The notes beneath the pieces were generated by a model. The model searched no databases. It was not told the DNA's origin and saw only the letters and a program-made list of their open reading frames with translations. Shown piece after piece: positions 1 to 12,829 of a DNA stretch of 64,000 bases. The DNA is from Tubulanus polymorphus (Eukaryota > Animalia > Nemertea), in assembly GCF_964204645.1 (NCBI RefSeq), contig NC_134030.1, forward strand, positions 8,475,122 through 8,539,121. Direction: 5' to 3'. Within the stretch, counting starts at the first letter, position 1, and the number at the start of each line of letters is the position of its first letter. A program made the position numbers and the translations under genes.

Positions 1-1091
1 GTTTGAATGTTTGTGGCAAGTATGCTGAATGAACATTTCGAACAAAAGAACGCGTTTGAAGTGTTTATCGATGACAATTCGTCCGAACGTCGAGTGAAAC
101 ATTTTACAACATTCCATCGACGTAACAAAGGCGCGTAGAAAATGTATTTTGTCGTCGGGACTCTTGATGGGTACGGTACAAGTATTACCTGGTTCAGCGA
201 TGACAACGGTTCGAACGCAAATAACAAAAACCAAAAAGATCAATATCACCGATTTCATTTCTGTGCAGGCTTTCAATGGAAATCTAGATGTCAGTACATG
301 TACAGTTGAATATTTCTTGATTCTAAACTGAAAGGACTTTACTCCGATTGGTTGTTACTTAATTACCTCATGAACGTTGATATCAAACGAAATTGCTATT
401 AATGTTTATGTAACAAAAGAAGATTGTCCACTTCAATGTTAAACCGAGCGTGGGTTGTAGCGTGGGAAAAATTCTTCGTAAAGATCAGATCGATTAGTCA
501 GCAATATGTATATGAATCAATTTTTGATATAGGCCCAATGGATTCGCCAATGCGCCCACTCACTTTGCCGCACGTGAAGCGCATTAAAATCACCCTCCCC
601 ATCAGATGGCGTGATGAGCACTCGGTCTGACGATGTCAAAAATTAGTTCATCTTTAATGAACTTTGAACTAAATGTTCACCCATACATTGCCACGATACA
701 TACAGGACCAACATACACGTCAGGACCAACTAAATATATAATGTAAATATACATATCAAATTCATTATGATACTTGATACTCAAGTAGGTATTGTAGGTA
801 TTACCTCAAGTAGGTAAGTATATATACTGGAATAATTTGTTGTTCACGCTCATGGCCCCGGCAACGCTGCTAGTACGAAGCATATGAATTATATAACCAT
901 TGTTCCGTGGATGGATCAGTACTCGTACAGTAATAATAATAAGTCGAGGCTAATTCCTACGACGTGTTGGCTATGATCGTCGTGTCATCGTATTTATTGT
1001 TAGGATTCCAATGTGGACGAAGAAGCTAATGAAGGTAAACGAATTTGTTAGAAAATTTCCATAACGGGTAGTCACAGTTAAAGAGAATAGA

Positions 1092-2700
1092 ATGAATTTA
1101 ATGTTAATTCAGCTTTCAATCCGCCGCGTATGGTTCACGATACTGGTTGCCGTTGGTTTTCTTACCGTATATACAATAACGCTGGACTGGCGTTGGGGTA
1201 GTCCGGCAGAATTCGCCGCGATAAAGAAGGAACCCGACGACTGGGCGGTGATTGGAGCGTGGCCATCGAATATCACTACGACAGACAATCGCCTCGTACC
1301 GGCGGCCTATGGAGACACTGCTGCCGGCGTTATCGAAGAGAACGGTATGCTACTCGGCTGTAGCCCAAAAATACCGAAGATCATTCATCAAACATGGAAA
1401 ACGAAAGAGGTTCCGGTTCGCTTTAGCAGGTAAGATACTAATATGTTGTAACGTTAGTTGTCGAATAAACACTATAATCCGTGTATACTGTAGATGATGG
1501 TGGTGGTGGTGTCATTCCACCTGATGATGGTTGTTAGTCAACAGCCGAAACGTTGTGGTTCCCTAATGATAAATTTGATCGTATAATTTTAAATTCGAAG
1601 TGTGGGATTTCTTCATTTATGTTGTAACGTTTTCGTTTGTTCTACCATTAACCATCTCGATTCATGTAAATCAAACAGTTATACACTTTTCATATGTCGT
1701 GCGATATACAAATTGAGCGCATTGTAACTGGTTAAATACAATGAATGGTAGGTTAGTCAGGAAATATCAGTGCTTCTTGTAATAAACAAAGCGCTTGGAA
1801 CCCTGGACGAAGAGAAATATTCGTCAACCTATCGGACGTTTCTTTTTGCCGGTCGTTTCTTGTAGATATCGGTGACTGGATGACTTGCCTGGGTCTGGTT
1901 CGGTTTTTTATATCAAATTCAATTTTTGTTATTTCAGCTGTATAGAAAGCTGGTTAAAGCTGCACCCGGATTGGGAATACTGGTTTTGGACGGATGAACT
2001 AGCCGACACTTTTATCGCTAAACACTTCCCGGCTTATATCACGTTATATCGCGGGTACCCGCAGGGAATTATGCGAGCTGACGTCATGCGGTATTTCATA
2101 CTGTATACGTTCGGTGGTTTGTACATAGATCTCGACACCACGGCGCTCAGAAACTGGGACCGCATCAGGCGCCTTCATACGGCCTTGATACCGCAAGATC
2201 ACCCGGTACACGTGAACGTCATTTTCAACGCAGATCGCATTCCTCTAAATGCGATCATGATGTCTAAACCCGGACATCTTTACTTTCGAGCAATAATCGA
2301 AGGACTTCACGCTCGCAACGACGCAACATGGTGGCATGACGTGGTCGGGAAAACTGGACCATTAATGGTCGAGCACGCGTTGAAGGAATACTCCGAGGCG
2401 TTGAAGCCACCGTGTGAGACAGTTTACATACCGAGTCACGTCAACTTCGTGCCGCTATTTGACGAAAATGCAGGCAAATTTAAGTATTTGTTTTTGTGTT
2501 CTTTGAGGTATCTTTTCTTTGAAAAATCGAGGACGTGGTGCCAGTACCTTTCAAAAGTGAGATATCGAAACGAGCCGATATCAAACGACGCGTATAGCGT
2601 ACATAGTTTTCAGCATACATACTATAACCACGCAAAAGTTTCATCATTCAATATCGATGAAATAGCCCCCTTTCGCATCAACATCTCAGCAAAACTATAA
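1092..2700 (+). CDS. Glycosyltransferase family 32 (Gly_transf_sug, DXD; MIPC synthase/Och1/alpha-1,4-GT-like), type II membrane protein; exons 1092-1429 and 1938-2700
   Basis: N-terminal TM helix, KIPKIIHQTWK motif, then W..LHPDWEY.FWTD and RADVMRY.ILY.FGG.YIDLD. Phase-2 intron CAG|GTAAG (1430) to TTTCAG (1937) joins the two ORFs in frame. Confidence 0.9.
1456..1617 (+). mobile_element. Penelope-like/retrozyme-type short insertion, family A, in GT32 intron
   Basis: Flanked by 14-bp direct repeat TATGTTGTAACGTT (1442-1455, 1618-1631); shares sequence with 6423-6668, with the tail segment inverted. Confidence 0.8.
1517..1558 (+). ncRNA. Minimal type-I hammerhead ribozyme motif
   Basis: CCAC-CTGATGA-T-GGTTGT(tagtca)ACAGCC-GAAA-CG-TT-GTGG: intact core, stems I and II pair, palindromic AACGTT in place of stem III. 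Confidence 0.8.
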
Positions 2701-2767
2701 TTAGCCTTCAAATAGCCTTCGTAACGTTCGTTATCGTCGATCTTTAGATCTCTGGGAACACTCGGAA

Positions 2768-3025
2768 GCCAGCTCGTGGGTTCGAACCCCGTCCATTTCC
2801 GTAGTGTACCCAGGCAAGACCCCCATTGCCTCTCTTCACCCAGGATCAAATGGTAACCTGGTCTGATAGATGGCTCTTCAGCGCCAGCAGCTCTTCGGAT
2901 ATCGATTCTCCCCATGGGAGAGACGACTGATTTAAATGGTTAGAGGCTGGCCCAGGGGCGAACGATACTGATTTAATGGAAAGCTGTAAAATGGCGCTGT
3001 AAAAATTTAATTTCTTTTACTTTTA
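2768..3025 (+). mobile_element. 5'-truncated tRNA-derived SINE
   Basis: Pol III B-box GGTTCGAACCC (~2780), central CTCTTCACCCAGG segment resembling Deu/Nin-domain SINEs, 3' tail GTAAAATGGCGCTGTAAAAAT ending in TTTTAC repeats. Confidence 0.65.
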
Positions 3026-4272
3026 CAAACGTGCCAACCTGGTGATCGCAGCATTTTTACTTTTGTCTCAATTTACATTTTCGTTTAATGTTAGCTTTCT
3101 GCGAAATATTTGTGCCTGACTCAATGGATTGGAGTCTAGGAGATATGCTAACCGCCCCTAAGAGATGTAACATATATCGACTAATATATAGTGACTAATT
3201 GGAATCTATTGTGTTCGTTCGTGGAAATAATCCATAGAAAATAATCCGCATAAATTACGCCGTCCGTTCAAGTTTATTTTCCATTATCGACCTCCTACGT
3301 ACGAATTCCTGCTCATACGGAATAATATGAAGGCACTTTCGTTTCGAAACGAACGAAATTTCTTCACTCATTGTTTCAGACGGAACAAAAATATTTCAGC
3401 CCCCAAACGTGTCAACAAAACCGGTTTTTGATTTTGCATATTTACGACTTATATGGGCCAGACGCGAAATAATAGAGTTTTCAGCGGCTAAACTGGAATA
3501 CCGTTTGAAAGCAAGTCCACGGCAGTTTCCAGTTCTAAGTGCACCGTATGAATATATATCTATACACATATCACCTATGTATATCTATATATGTATTTCA
3601 AATTATATTCGTCACGATTTATACAGATGGTTTTTTTACGTGAATAATGATTATTACGCGGGACGACTCGAATGTAAGCGTGTATACGCGTTGTGAGTGT
3701 GTGTCGTATACGTAGCTGTATGAGCGGCAAACCGATACTCTCCGGTAACTCTGTACAGCTCTCCATCAAAAACATAATTGTAAGAGCATGAATATCGACA
3801 ACCTCGATGTAATTGCGTTGTTGTGATGTTGGAACGCGTAGTTTATTGCGTTTCGTCCGATGTATATTAGAAACGAGTCGGGTAAGTACAATGTGCGACT
3901 TTATTTGTTTTTTTTGTCAATCGATGTTATTTTCTTGATTATGCACTTCAAGAAAAGAGATAGAAATGTCAGTTATTTAACAGTTAAACGAAGAAGAAAA
4001 TAGACTTAATAGTCTCTAGTAATAGTGGCGATTTCGATATGACAATCTTATCACGGGGAATGTCTACTTTATACGTATTTCTACTGAAAATGGTTGATAC
4101 GTCTTCCTCGATGTCGAAATACGCGCATTGGTAGGTTTATAATTTCCAAACAGTAATAGACGATTGCCAGTGATAGCGTACCTATAAGGAAGCATTTTTG
4201 GAAAATAAAGGTAGAAACACCAGTTGATTTGTACATTTTTTTGATTTTCACCAGTGACTTCAAAATATTAGA

Positions 4273-5379
4273 ATGACGGATACGGGAACGTTCGACTCCG
4301 CTGAAGACGATGGGTCGATTTTTTTCGAAGAACCAAGTGTTAACGACTTGACCGAAGATAATTCACCGGAGAGTCTGGAGGAGGTGCTGAAAAATCTCGA
4401 ACTCAGTAATCTACGACCAAATAGAGAAATAGGCTTTCCGCCATCTGGTGTTAGTTCGGAAAGCGATGCCGACAGCAGCAGTGGCGCCACCTCTGCTAAG
4501 ATCGAAGACGATTCGTCGTCTCGACGAGCTAGTGTCGACACGGGCAGTGTGCGGTCTCGAAATAGTAACGGATCGATAGTAAGCTCGGAGAAAATGGACG
4601 AAATCTGGGCCGTGGATTACGCCGCTGTCGTTCCCGGCCAGCAACGAGTCGACGGTACAAATCCTGTTTCGATACTTAAGAAAACCACCGACGCCCAAGA
4701 CAACGAACCAGTAAGCAAAAGATCGTCGCAAGTTTTCAAACGACCGATGAAAATTCTCGGTAACATCCGCCGCAGAAGCTTGACGAAGCTCGTCGGCAGC
4801 AAAGATCCGGTGACAACTCAGGAAAACTATATTGATTATTCTAAGATACAAGTTGACAGCCTTCCGCAGCGTTTCGTGTGTAAATATCTAGGTTATAAAC
4901 CGGTCCGTGGCCTACATGGTATCAAACACGTTCGCAATCAAATTGACATCCTCGTCGAACAGGTGACCAAACAAACGAAGGGCGAAGAGGTGCCCCTTGC
5001 TCAGCTTACAATCTGGGAAAAAGGCATTCAGATCAACGCACACCCGAGTACCAAAAATCTGAACGTCGACAAATGCGTGCGTCCGATTGAGTTCGTTACG
5101 TTTTGTGTGCAGGATATCAAATATTTCAAAATCGTAGCGTTTATCTATATCACCGAAATGAGTAAAACGAGTAAGAAAGCTGAATGCCACGTTTACGTGT
5201 GCGACTCGCCGTATACAGCGCGACGGTTGGCGCTATCCGTCTCATTGGCGTTTCAACGTTACGCCAAACGACTAGGCCAGAAACGGCCGAAAATGCAAGT
5301 GGACTTGCGAACCGTCGACGAAATCGAGCTAGATCTAAAAGCCGAATACGGCAAAGATAAGGCGGACAGCGATGCATGA
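4273..5379 (+). CDS. PTB/PID (phosphotyrosine-interaction) domain adaptor with acidic/Ser-rich N-terminus; single coding exon
   Basis: 368-aa ORF with F.CKYLG...V, I..VTFC.QD, .VAFI, CHVYVCDS...A..LA.S...AF: PTB fold signature. Possible 5'UTR intron from GTAAGT at ~3882. Confidence 0.85.
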   Translation: MTDTGTFDSAEDDGSIFFEEPSVNDLTEDNSPESLEEVLKNLELSNLRPNREIGFPPSGVSSESDADSSSGATSAKIEDDSSSRRASVDTGSVRSRNSNGSIVSSEKMDEIWAVDYAAVVPGQQRVDGTNPVSILKKTTDAQDNEPVSKRSSQVFKRPMKILGNIRRRSLTKLVGSKDPVTTQENYIDYSKIQVDSLPQRFVCKYLGYKPVRGLHGIKHVRNQIDILVEQVTKQTKGEEVPLAQLTIWEKGIQINAHPSTKNLNVDKCVRPIEFVTFCVQDIKYFKIVAFIYITEMSKTSKKAECHVYVCDSPYTARRLALSVSLAFQRYAKRLGQKRPKMQVDLRTVDEIELDLKAEYGKDKADSDA

Positions 5380-6422
5380 TGATAAAATATCTATTTCGTG
5401 CCAGAGAAGATATTTTATTCGGTTCTTCAAGAAAAGTCATGGCGTACATTGGAAAGCTTAAACATGCTACATATTACTAATGACCAGATTTCCTTATGGA
5501 AAAGGTGTATTTCCATGTTATTTAATGTCTAAATGAAATTCCTAATTTTTCTCATTTTCAAAATATATTTGCCTCTAATAGCGTTAGAAAAGAGAATGTT
5601 TTCTCAAAAGCCCGATGACAAGAAATGTGTTACATTATAACTTACATGTTTTTACATAACGATCATATAAAATACCATCACAAACAGAAAGTATTATTAA
5701 TCGAAGTGTATATAGTACGCACATGAGCTTCTTTATTTATGTTAATCAAAATATGTCTCCGTTATTATCTATCTGTATAGAATATCGATTGTTATTTGTT
5801 TGTTTGTCTATTCACCATATAGATGATTATGCAATTATCTAAATAATCATTCACTGTCTATAACCAGAAATGATCACTAAATCGTTCAATTTCAAAAGAT
5901 ATTGAAGTATAGCCATTAATGCATCAGCCTGCTGTCTACACGCCCCCTCAGACATTCGACGCATATTCATTTTCCCAAAAACATGATCGGCCAGGCGTCA
6001 CCATCCCCTGTGACAGTACCCCAAACAATATTCTTTGAAAACGAATAAGGGTGTCATATCTGAAGCATCAATTTTAGACAGACATTCGTCCAGACTTCGC
6101 CATTCAAACGGTGATCGTCTGACGGGTCGGGTACGGACAGCAGATTGACAGCTGCGCAAGGGAAGGTCAATGGAGCCGATCTTATTTTCAGGAGCTAACC
6201 TTTACCTAAAGGATCGAAGGTTGAATGTGTGTGTAGGACACAAAGCAGCGATTTCGCTTACAATTGGTGGAACCATGGACTCTAAAAAGAATTTTGAATT
6301 CGTTTTAGAGTCCAAAATGGTGGAACGAGTATAAAGGCAGAATTCCACCGCAAACTTCACTCCCAGTCTTTAAAACCACGGTTTCATCATTCTCACCGCA
6401 GACTACGGACAGCTAAGCGCAT

Positions 6423-6668
6423 AAATGAAGAAATCCCACACTTCGAATTTTAAAATTATACGATCAAATTTATTATAATGAAACCACAACGTTTCGGCTG
6501 TTGACTAACAGCCATCATCAGGTGGAATGACGATGATGGCTGTTAGTCAACAGCCGAAACGTTGTGGTTTCATTATAATAGATTTGATCGTGTAATTTTA
6601 AAATTCGAAGTTTGGGATTTCTTCATTTATCTACAGTATACACGGATTATAGTGTTAATTCGACAACT
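6423..6668. mobile_element. Fold-back Penelope-like/retrozyme insertion, family A
   Basis: ~100-bp inverted arms (6421-~6520 vs ~6532-6630) plus a ~39-nt tail; 12-bp TSD AGCTAAGCGCAT (6411-6422, 6669-6680). Confidence 0.85.
6484..6525 (-). ncRNA. Minimal type-I hammerhead ribozyme motif (intact core)
   Basis: Reverse complement reads CCAC-CTGATGA-T-GGCTGT(tagtca)ACAGCC-GAAA-CG-TT-GTGG, with AATAAA downstream on the same strand (6469-6474). Confidence 0.85.
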
Positions 6669-6670
6669 AG

Positions 6671-9101
6671 CTAAGCGCATGTCGCATCCAAGACGTTTTG
6701 CAAGGCGTTAGTTAAAAGTGAATAATCGCGATTAGTGACCACCACCGTTGGGATTTCATTATTCGATTCACTAAATGCGATAGTCCTAACGACAAGAAAT
6801 TGCACCTTTTCCTGTCTGTATTTCGCTATGGTTTCGATCTCATTTTCGGTGAGAGTATTAACACTAGGCTGTGAAATAATGACGATATTTCGACTGGTTG
6901 CAACTATTTCCGTTTTCAAGGCGTCGAGACCGTGTTGTAAATTTGATATACCATCGTCAGCCTAAAATGATAGATTACTGATATCGTTAGTCTGGCAGCA
7001 AATGCTAATCGAGACTCAATATTTGCCGACAGAAGATTTATTCTATGAAAGAGAAGTTGCCTTACGACGAAAGGAACATACATCTTAGCAAAAATACATA
7101 CGTTGAAATAAGATAAAAACCAACTATGTACAAATTAAAAGAATTATGAAATCGAGAATTTGACAGAATTTGAATTTAAAATACACCTGACGATGATCTC
7201 TAGGGTGAGAGCGAAACGTCGACTATTTTATATCTTTTGAAGAAATAAATTCTCGATATTAATATTCTTTTAATTTGCACATAGTGGGTTTTAATCTTAT
7301 TATCCGTTCACCACGTTGAGTGTGGTTATTGTCCTAATACATATATAGAATGTTTTCGATTTGAAATATTATTTGTAGTTTTTACTAACTCACCGCTGTG
7401 ATGGGCGAGAAAGATCTAGAGTAATCAACACCCGCACACGTGGTCTTGAACAGTTTCTCACAATTTACGTTAGAATACTTGAAATATGACCAAGTGAAGG
7501 CGTCGACCTGCGGCTTCATATCGTAACAAGTTTCCATCATCATTAACGCGAGGTGTAGAGGGGTCGCTGACCACGGTTCGCTGCGGTAGTTTCCGTCGAT
7601 GAGCACGATCAGATTCACTTCAGTCCAAGAACCAAGTTCAACGCAACCTGTCGTAAAATGTTTTACTTTTTGACGAAATAAGAAATTCCAGAAGGATTTA
7701 ATCATTGTTACATTTCATTCATTTCTCATTGAAAACTGTTGACACACATATTTCGGTTATCGTAATTTTTGTATGAAAAATTCGCGTATGAATGATGAAA
7801 TGTACGGCCTTTCAAACTTTGGTTTAATTTTAGATTAAGCTTGAGTGAATGCTATTCAAAAGGAAGATTTATATACTTACTCGGAGTAGACGTGGAAGGT
7901 TGAATGGTTTGACTCGGTGCAGCAAGATCACCTGAAATTTTGTAGGCGGGTTTTTAGTACATACGTATATATATATAGTTTTGTAAAAACTTGATAATAA
8001 ATCAAAGCAAATTTCAAAGCGCTTCAAAATGATTAAATGATTACATGAGATATTAATCTGCCGGTCCAGATGATGCATGTCTACTACCATTAACAAGGGG
8101 TGAGTGTAACAGATTTTTGAAGTTACCTCTGGGCTAGCCAACTTTCACTTCATTAGTAAACTAAAGCAATTTGTGCTTGAGATACTTACCTGCTGCTGAG
8201 CATATTTCCTGGAGAACTTTGTCAGCTGTTTCGGCAGTGTTTTTGGAAGTCATTTCGAAAGTCGCGTTACTCATACGATGGATTACCGTACGCCGCACTG
8301 AACCAACGCCAACCACCATCAGCCGATAACCGAGCTTAACCAACTTGTCTCGTTCGGCAAAGGTCTCCACTCGATATGCCGACCAACCGTTGTAAATCAG
8401 CACAACTTGCTTCAATACGGACACATCGGCTCGCATGCCATGTACTGTATCCAGTATTTTTTCGCGAACGTACGCCAACGGCTTGTTCGAGAAACTCATC
8501 GTTCCATGGGGTTTTACTTTGGCATTTACGCTGGCAATCGACTCTTCGACGCTTTGAGAGGTAAACGTCTTCAAGGTGAACACGTCTCGAATATCGGAGT
8601 AGGCAGAGAAAGTCACAACTGCGTACTGGAAGCCATGCAGGCCCGTAGGCACATTCTGGTTGCCGATTACGTCGACAATGAACTTCTTAGCTACCGGCAC
8701 GTTCTCGTATTCGAATACCATGGACGTATCGACAACGAAAACAACATCCGCTTTTCGTTTCGAGCAATCGACCACCAAAGCCTCAGTTACGCCAATATTG
8801 GACGCCACAAAAAGAACTACCACAATCTCCAAAAACCGTTTTCCCATTTTTCCTTTTTTTAAAGAAAGTAAACACATTTTGAAAAACACATTGAGAAATG
8901 TCGTTTAAATAGCATTTCAAATAAATTCAATATGAATAGAAATTTAATTACGGACGATCCGAACGTTTTAGTAAAAATGCGTTCACAATTTCAATCTTTT
9001 CAAACTTCGCGAGTCACATTCAATCGATAGAATTAAGATAGAATTATTTTAGTTTCTTTCAACACATCATTCTTACCTCGAGATATTGAAAATGTCTCCA
9101 T
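6671..9101 (-). CDS. Secreted protein with two von Willebrand factor A domains (second one degenerate); exons ~9101-9077, ~8852-8190, 7931-7881, 7647-7394, 6961-6671
   Basis: Signal peptide MGKRFLEIVVVLFVASNIGVTEA, VWA start DC..KADVVFVVDTS, YAVVTFS, LMVVGVG; Pro/Ser/Thr linker exon; second VWA-like unit C.....VNLIVLIDG. All junctions are GT-AG and in frame. True start may be the Met at ~8847. Confidence 0.8.
7108..7335 (+). mobile_element. Fold-back Penelope-like/retrozyme insertion, family B (diverged), in VWA intron
   Basis: Imperfect inverted arms (~7108-7161 vs ~7247-7301), tail TCCGTTCACCACGTTGAGTGTGGTTAT shared with 18540-18579, possible degenerate TSD AATACATA. Confidence 0.7.
7183..7224 (+). 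ncRNA. Minimal type-I hammerhead motif, family B (stem I 3' arm eroded)
   Basis: ACAC-CTGACGA-T-GATCTC(tagggt)GAGAGC-GAAA-CG-TC-G. Confidence 0.65.
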
Positions 9102-12100
9102 CGTGCCTTAGCTTTGGATAATAGCGGACCGACCAGCCGTTAGGATGTAATGAATGAAGTGTTCAGATTTTGTAGATTTTTGCAATCGATACAGCTGTAT
9201 TGTATACATATACACGTACATACGATTCATTGTTTTGGGGGGATATATCATATTCGTTCGTGACTGAAATGCTCATTTGATATCACTTAAAACTAATTGA
9301 TTTCTTCAGTAACCTATCCCACTAGAAAAACATCTCCCATTTCATTGGAATATATCATTACCAGCCAGTTTATTGTCGAAAACAAGTAGTTCAAATTCGA
9401 TAATTTTCAACATTTGCTTTGCACTTATCTAGATTTCGACTATGTAGCCCTTTTAACGCTCGTGTCCAGTGTATTGCGTAATAGGACCTACGAAAGTTCA
9501 ACCAATAAACTACTAAATGTGAACATGCAGGTTCGGATCCCGAGTCTAGGGAAGAAGTGCCCACTTCAGAAATCATGGGCCTTTTTGCCAAGCATCGCCG
9601 CAATTTCGTTGCTCTAGTACTCAATTATATTCTGGAACTGAAGACAGTCAAAATTGCTACAACGACATTTGAAAGTCTCTCAGTTGTTCAAGCATAATTC
9701 AAATTTATCGGAAAAAAAATATATTCAGTCCGAAATTTTAGAGGGTGGAAGTATTAAAAGTTCTTAAAGAATTAAGGGGTGTCCGAACCACCAATGACTA
9801 GTGGATCGTCATCATCTTTTTCACAGAGAGCATCGATTAAATGCTTTTATCACTATAAACGCAAACGCATGACACCGATATGTGTGAGTTTTCAAACTAC
9901 AGAAAACAACAGATGTGTATCCGTCTGTGCATAAATAGGTGGAGTCCGCGTTCGTCATGTATGTAAACTGGGTTAATTTGTGAGATCTAACGCCGCGCGC
10001 TCGACTGTATTCAAATACGCACCGTAATCGATATCTATTCCCGTAAAATGGCCGTTGTAATAAATGAAAAGAGTTTATCAATACACTTACTCTGATTTTT
10101 CAAAGATGAAGGCCCAATATAACTTAAAATCTAAATGAATTATGTTCACACCTTTCATCGCTATAGATAAAAGAAAACGAAATCGAATAAATTGCTGAAT
10201 TGAGTAGCGCGAGTTGAAGCGAGAGAATTTATCGGCGGTGAATATCATATCGATTCATTAACAAGATGTGATGTTAATACGGGGCTCTGGAGAAAAAGCT
10301 TATAACCAAATATCGGCTTAAAACAGTTATTGCTGCACTACATTATATCGAAGTGCATGTTATCCGATATGAATTACTTTATTGGATATGAATTTCTCTA
10401 AAGATTATCACGTTTGCGACGAAAGCACGCTCAGCGAGGTTACGCAAAAGTACGATTTACTGCGAGGCTAAACTAAGCAGATTTTAGATTTAGCTTTGAT
10501 GTACAACGCTTAATTTCGCTTACTTGAAGAAACGTCAGTATAGGAGCTGTAAAATTAAGTATCGCGACTCATCTAGAAGCGTTTTATGTTAATGGCACCC
10601 GATAAACTTCTCTATGAATTTAAGGATTATATCATTCTTCCAAATAATCTGTAGCTACGATTTACAGGGGGTATAGTATCTGTAAGATTGAAGATTGTAT
10701 ACATAAGTAAAGGCATTGCAGGACTAAACAGTTCCGATAGGCTTGGTCGAACGTGAATGGAGTGTACTTGAACAAAACTCGGACCACGGAATTCCATTGG
10801 AAATCTATTTCTTGTCGGGCCATATTGAGAAGTCTATAAACTTAGTCTATAAGATTTTGGCTCGGCTCACCTCTACAGCGGAAATTCGTGGAGACATATT
10901 TTCAAGGGAAATATATTTTAGGTCACACAACGGTAAGTTCTAGGCTACAATTTTCACTACTACGTACGTATACGAATATAACGAAAAGATATTCGGTTAC
11001 TATTTTGTTAGCTTACCACAAAAAAATCTATGTCACATTTCTAATATTTGATTAAAATTAGAATATTCGCTTTTACTAAACAAATCTTAAGAATCCTAGT
11101 TACTCCCACCCTTCTTCAGTCTAAAATTGAATTTTAGAATTGAATTTTAGACTGAATAAGGGTGGTTAGCAACCACCCGAAATATTACTAGTATTTCAAA
11201 TGAATTTTTAGTCAGTATATTGAATTCATTTATCGTTGGATTTTACTCGTATTGTTCTATCCAAATATTGCGATCTACTGATTTTTAAATGTCCATGTCA
11301 AAATTAGAAAAGAAACCCGAACTTCTATTGATACGGAGGGCATTATCAATCGTCGACCTCACTGCATCCTCACGGTGACATTTCACATTACGATGTGCTG
11401 CCATTTTATTATGCTGGTGCAATGAAGAGAAAAAAAGTTGATCAAAATCTCGGTATTAATATTTAACTCAATGGGAGAACTGCGATCGATATGAAAATGT
11501 TTTGAATGTCTTGTTTCAGAGCCAGTGCAGTTGATTATCTTGTACTTAGAAAGTGGTATGTTTATGTCAGTGTTTAGCTCCGTGTCGCTAGACGTTCGGT
11601 CTGAGGAAAATCATAGACAAAATCTGTTTGCTGTATATCGTCTTTTGTTTGCAATTGTGTCAGATGTTGAAATGTAGCCCAGCTGTGTCAGTTCGTCACG
11701 GTACAATAAAATGGTATTTTATACGCTCTCAATGTGGCCTGTAAGATAATCTATAGCAATATCTAACAACTATAATGTCCCCCGTGAAACCAGTTTCATT
11801 GTAACTGGTGAATACTGCCCTTGCTTCGAAATACATAAAGGGGTATGCGACGCGATATTCTCTCATAAACGCGAAGAACGTTATCCAAACTGGCTTAGTG
11901 GATTTAGATAGAATTTGATATAAACTACAAAACTCTGATTCAAAATGGCGAAGCGCCTCAGTAGTATTATAGTAGACGTTGTTAAACAAGGTGGTATGGG
12001 GTCACCAACACCCCTCCGGCAATACGACTGGTAAGACATATACGGACGGTCTGACGTCTGGTTAGATTAGCCTTCTTCCATTCATCATTTCAAGGAGCCG

Positions 12101-12829
12101 ATTACGTTTCTGAGTCCGATCGTGAGGTTTTCATTTGGCCCCTTGGACTATGTTAGTTAGATTGAATTTGATATGTACACGTAAATCTATATCAGTAATC
12201 ATAAGAAAATTGCGTTTCATTTAGACAAAGATTGCTAGTGCAGAAAGAATATTACGAGCTTCTTATTATGCGAACGCCCATTTGGCGAGTGAGGTTCTTA
12301 TCTTTGCGAGGAGGATAAATATTTCATGCATTCAAAATATTCACGCGAGTTTCATGCATCAGTCTGAGTGATAAATGTGTGATCAAGTTGTATTAGTCGG
12401 AAACATGTTCCTCGGTAACATGTGGGCTAGCCATGCGGGTACAAACAAAAGCCCTTTAACAGTTATATAAGTATATGTTATACCAAACCCAATAAATCTC
12501 ATTTTCCAACTGGTCACGCATTTTCGATATTTCGCTTTTAACAAATTCACGATCGTTCACATTGGTTTGGTACATCTTGGTTTGGACATTTGAACTCGTC
12601 AGTTTCAGGATTTCAGAGAGATTCAAGTATTATCGAGATCTACGTAAACCTTAAACGCAAAAGTAACATACATGTTAACATGTTTTGGTTGTGGGTTTCA
12701 ATTACGATGTTCACCAGCAAGCCCGTCGCATGATTCTTAAAAGTCATTGAAGGGTGTAATTTCTCATTCTCATATTCAGTTGTTATTTTTTTCAATAATT
12801 CTTTTTTTAGGAACCAAGAAGCGGACGAT

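Noticed and set aside
2768-2800. tRNA gene
   Set aside because: Only a B-box/T-arm-like segment is present, with no cloverleaf; it continues into a SINE body.
4260-5449. Minus-strand ORFs overlapping the PTB gene (likewise those overlapping the VWA and GPCR genes)
   Set aside because: Antisense or alternative-frame shadows of real coding exons with no independent signal.
11100-11170. Short hairpins here and at ~6270-6315 as miRNA precursors
   Set aside because: They look like AT-rich MITE-type palindromes; there is no small-RNA or conservation evidence available.
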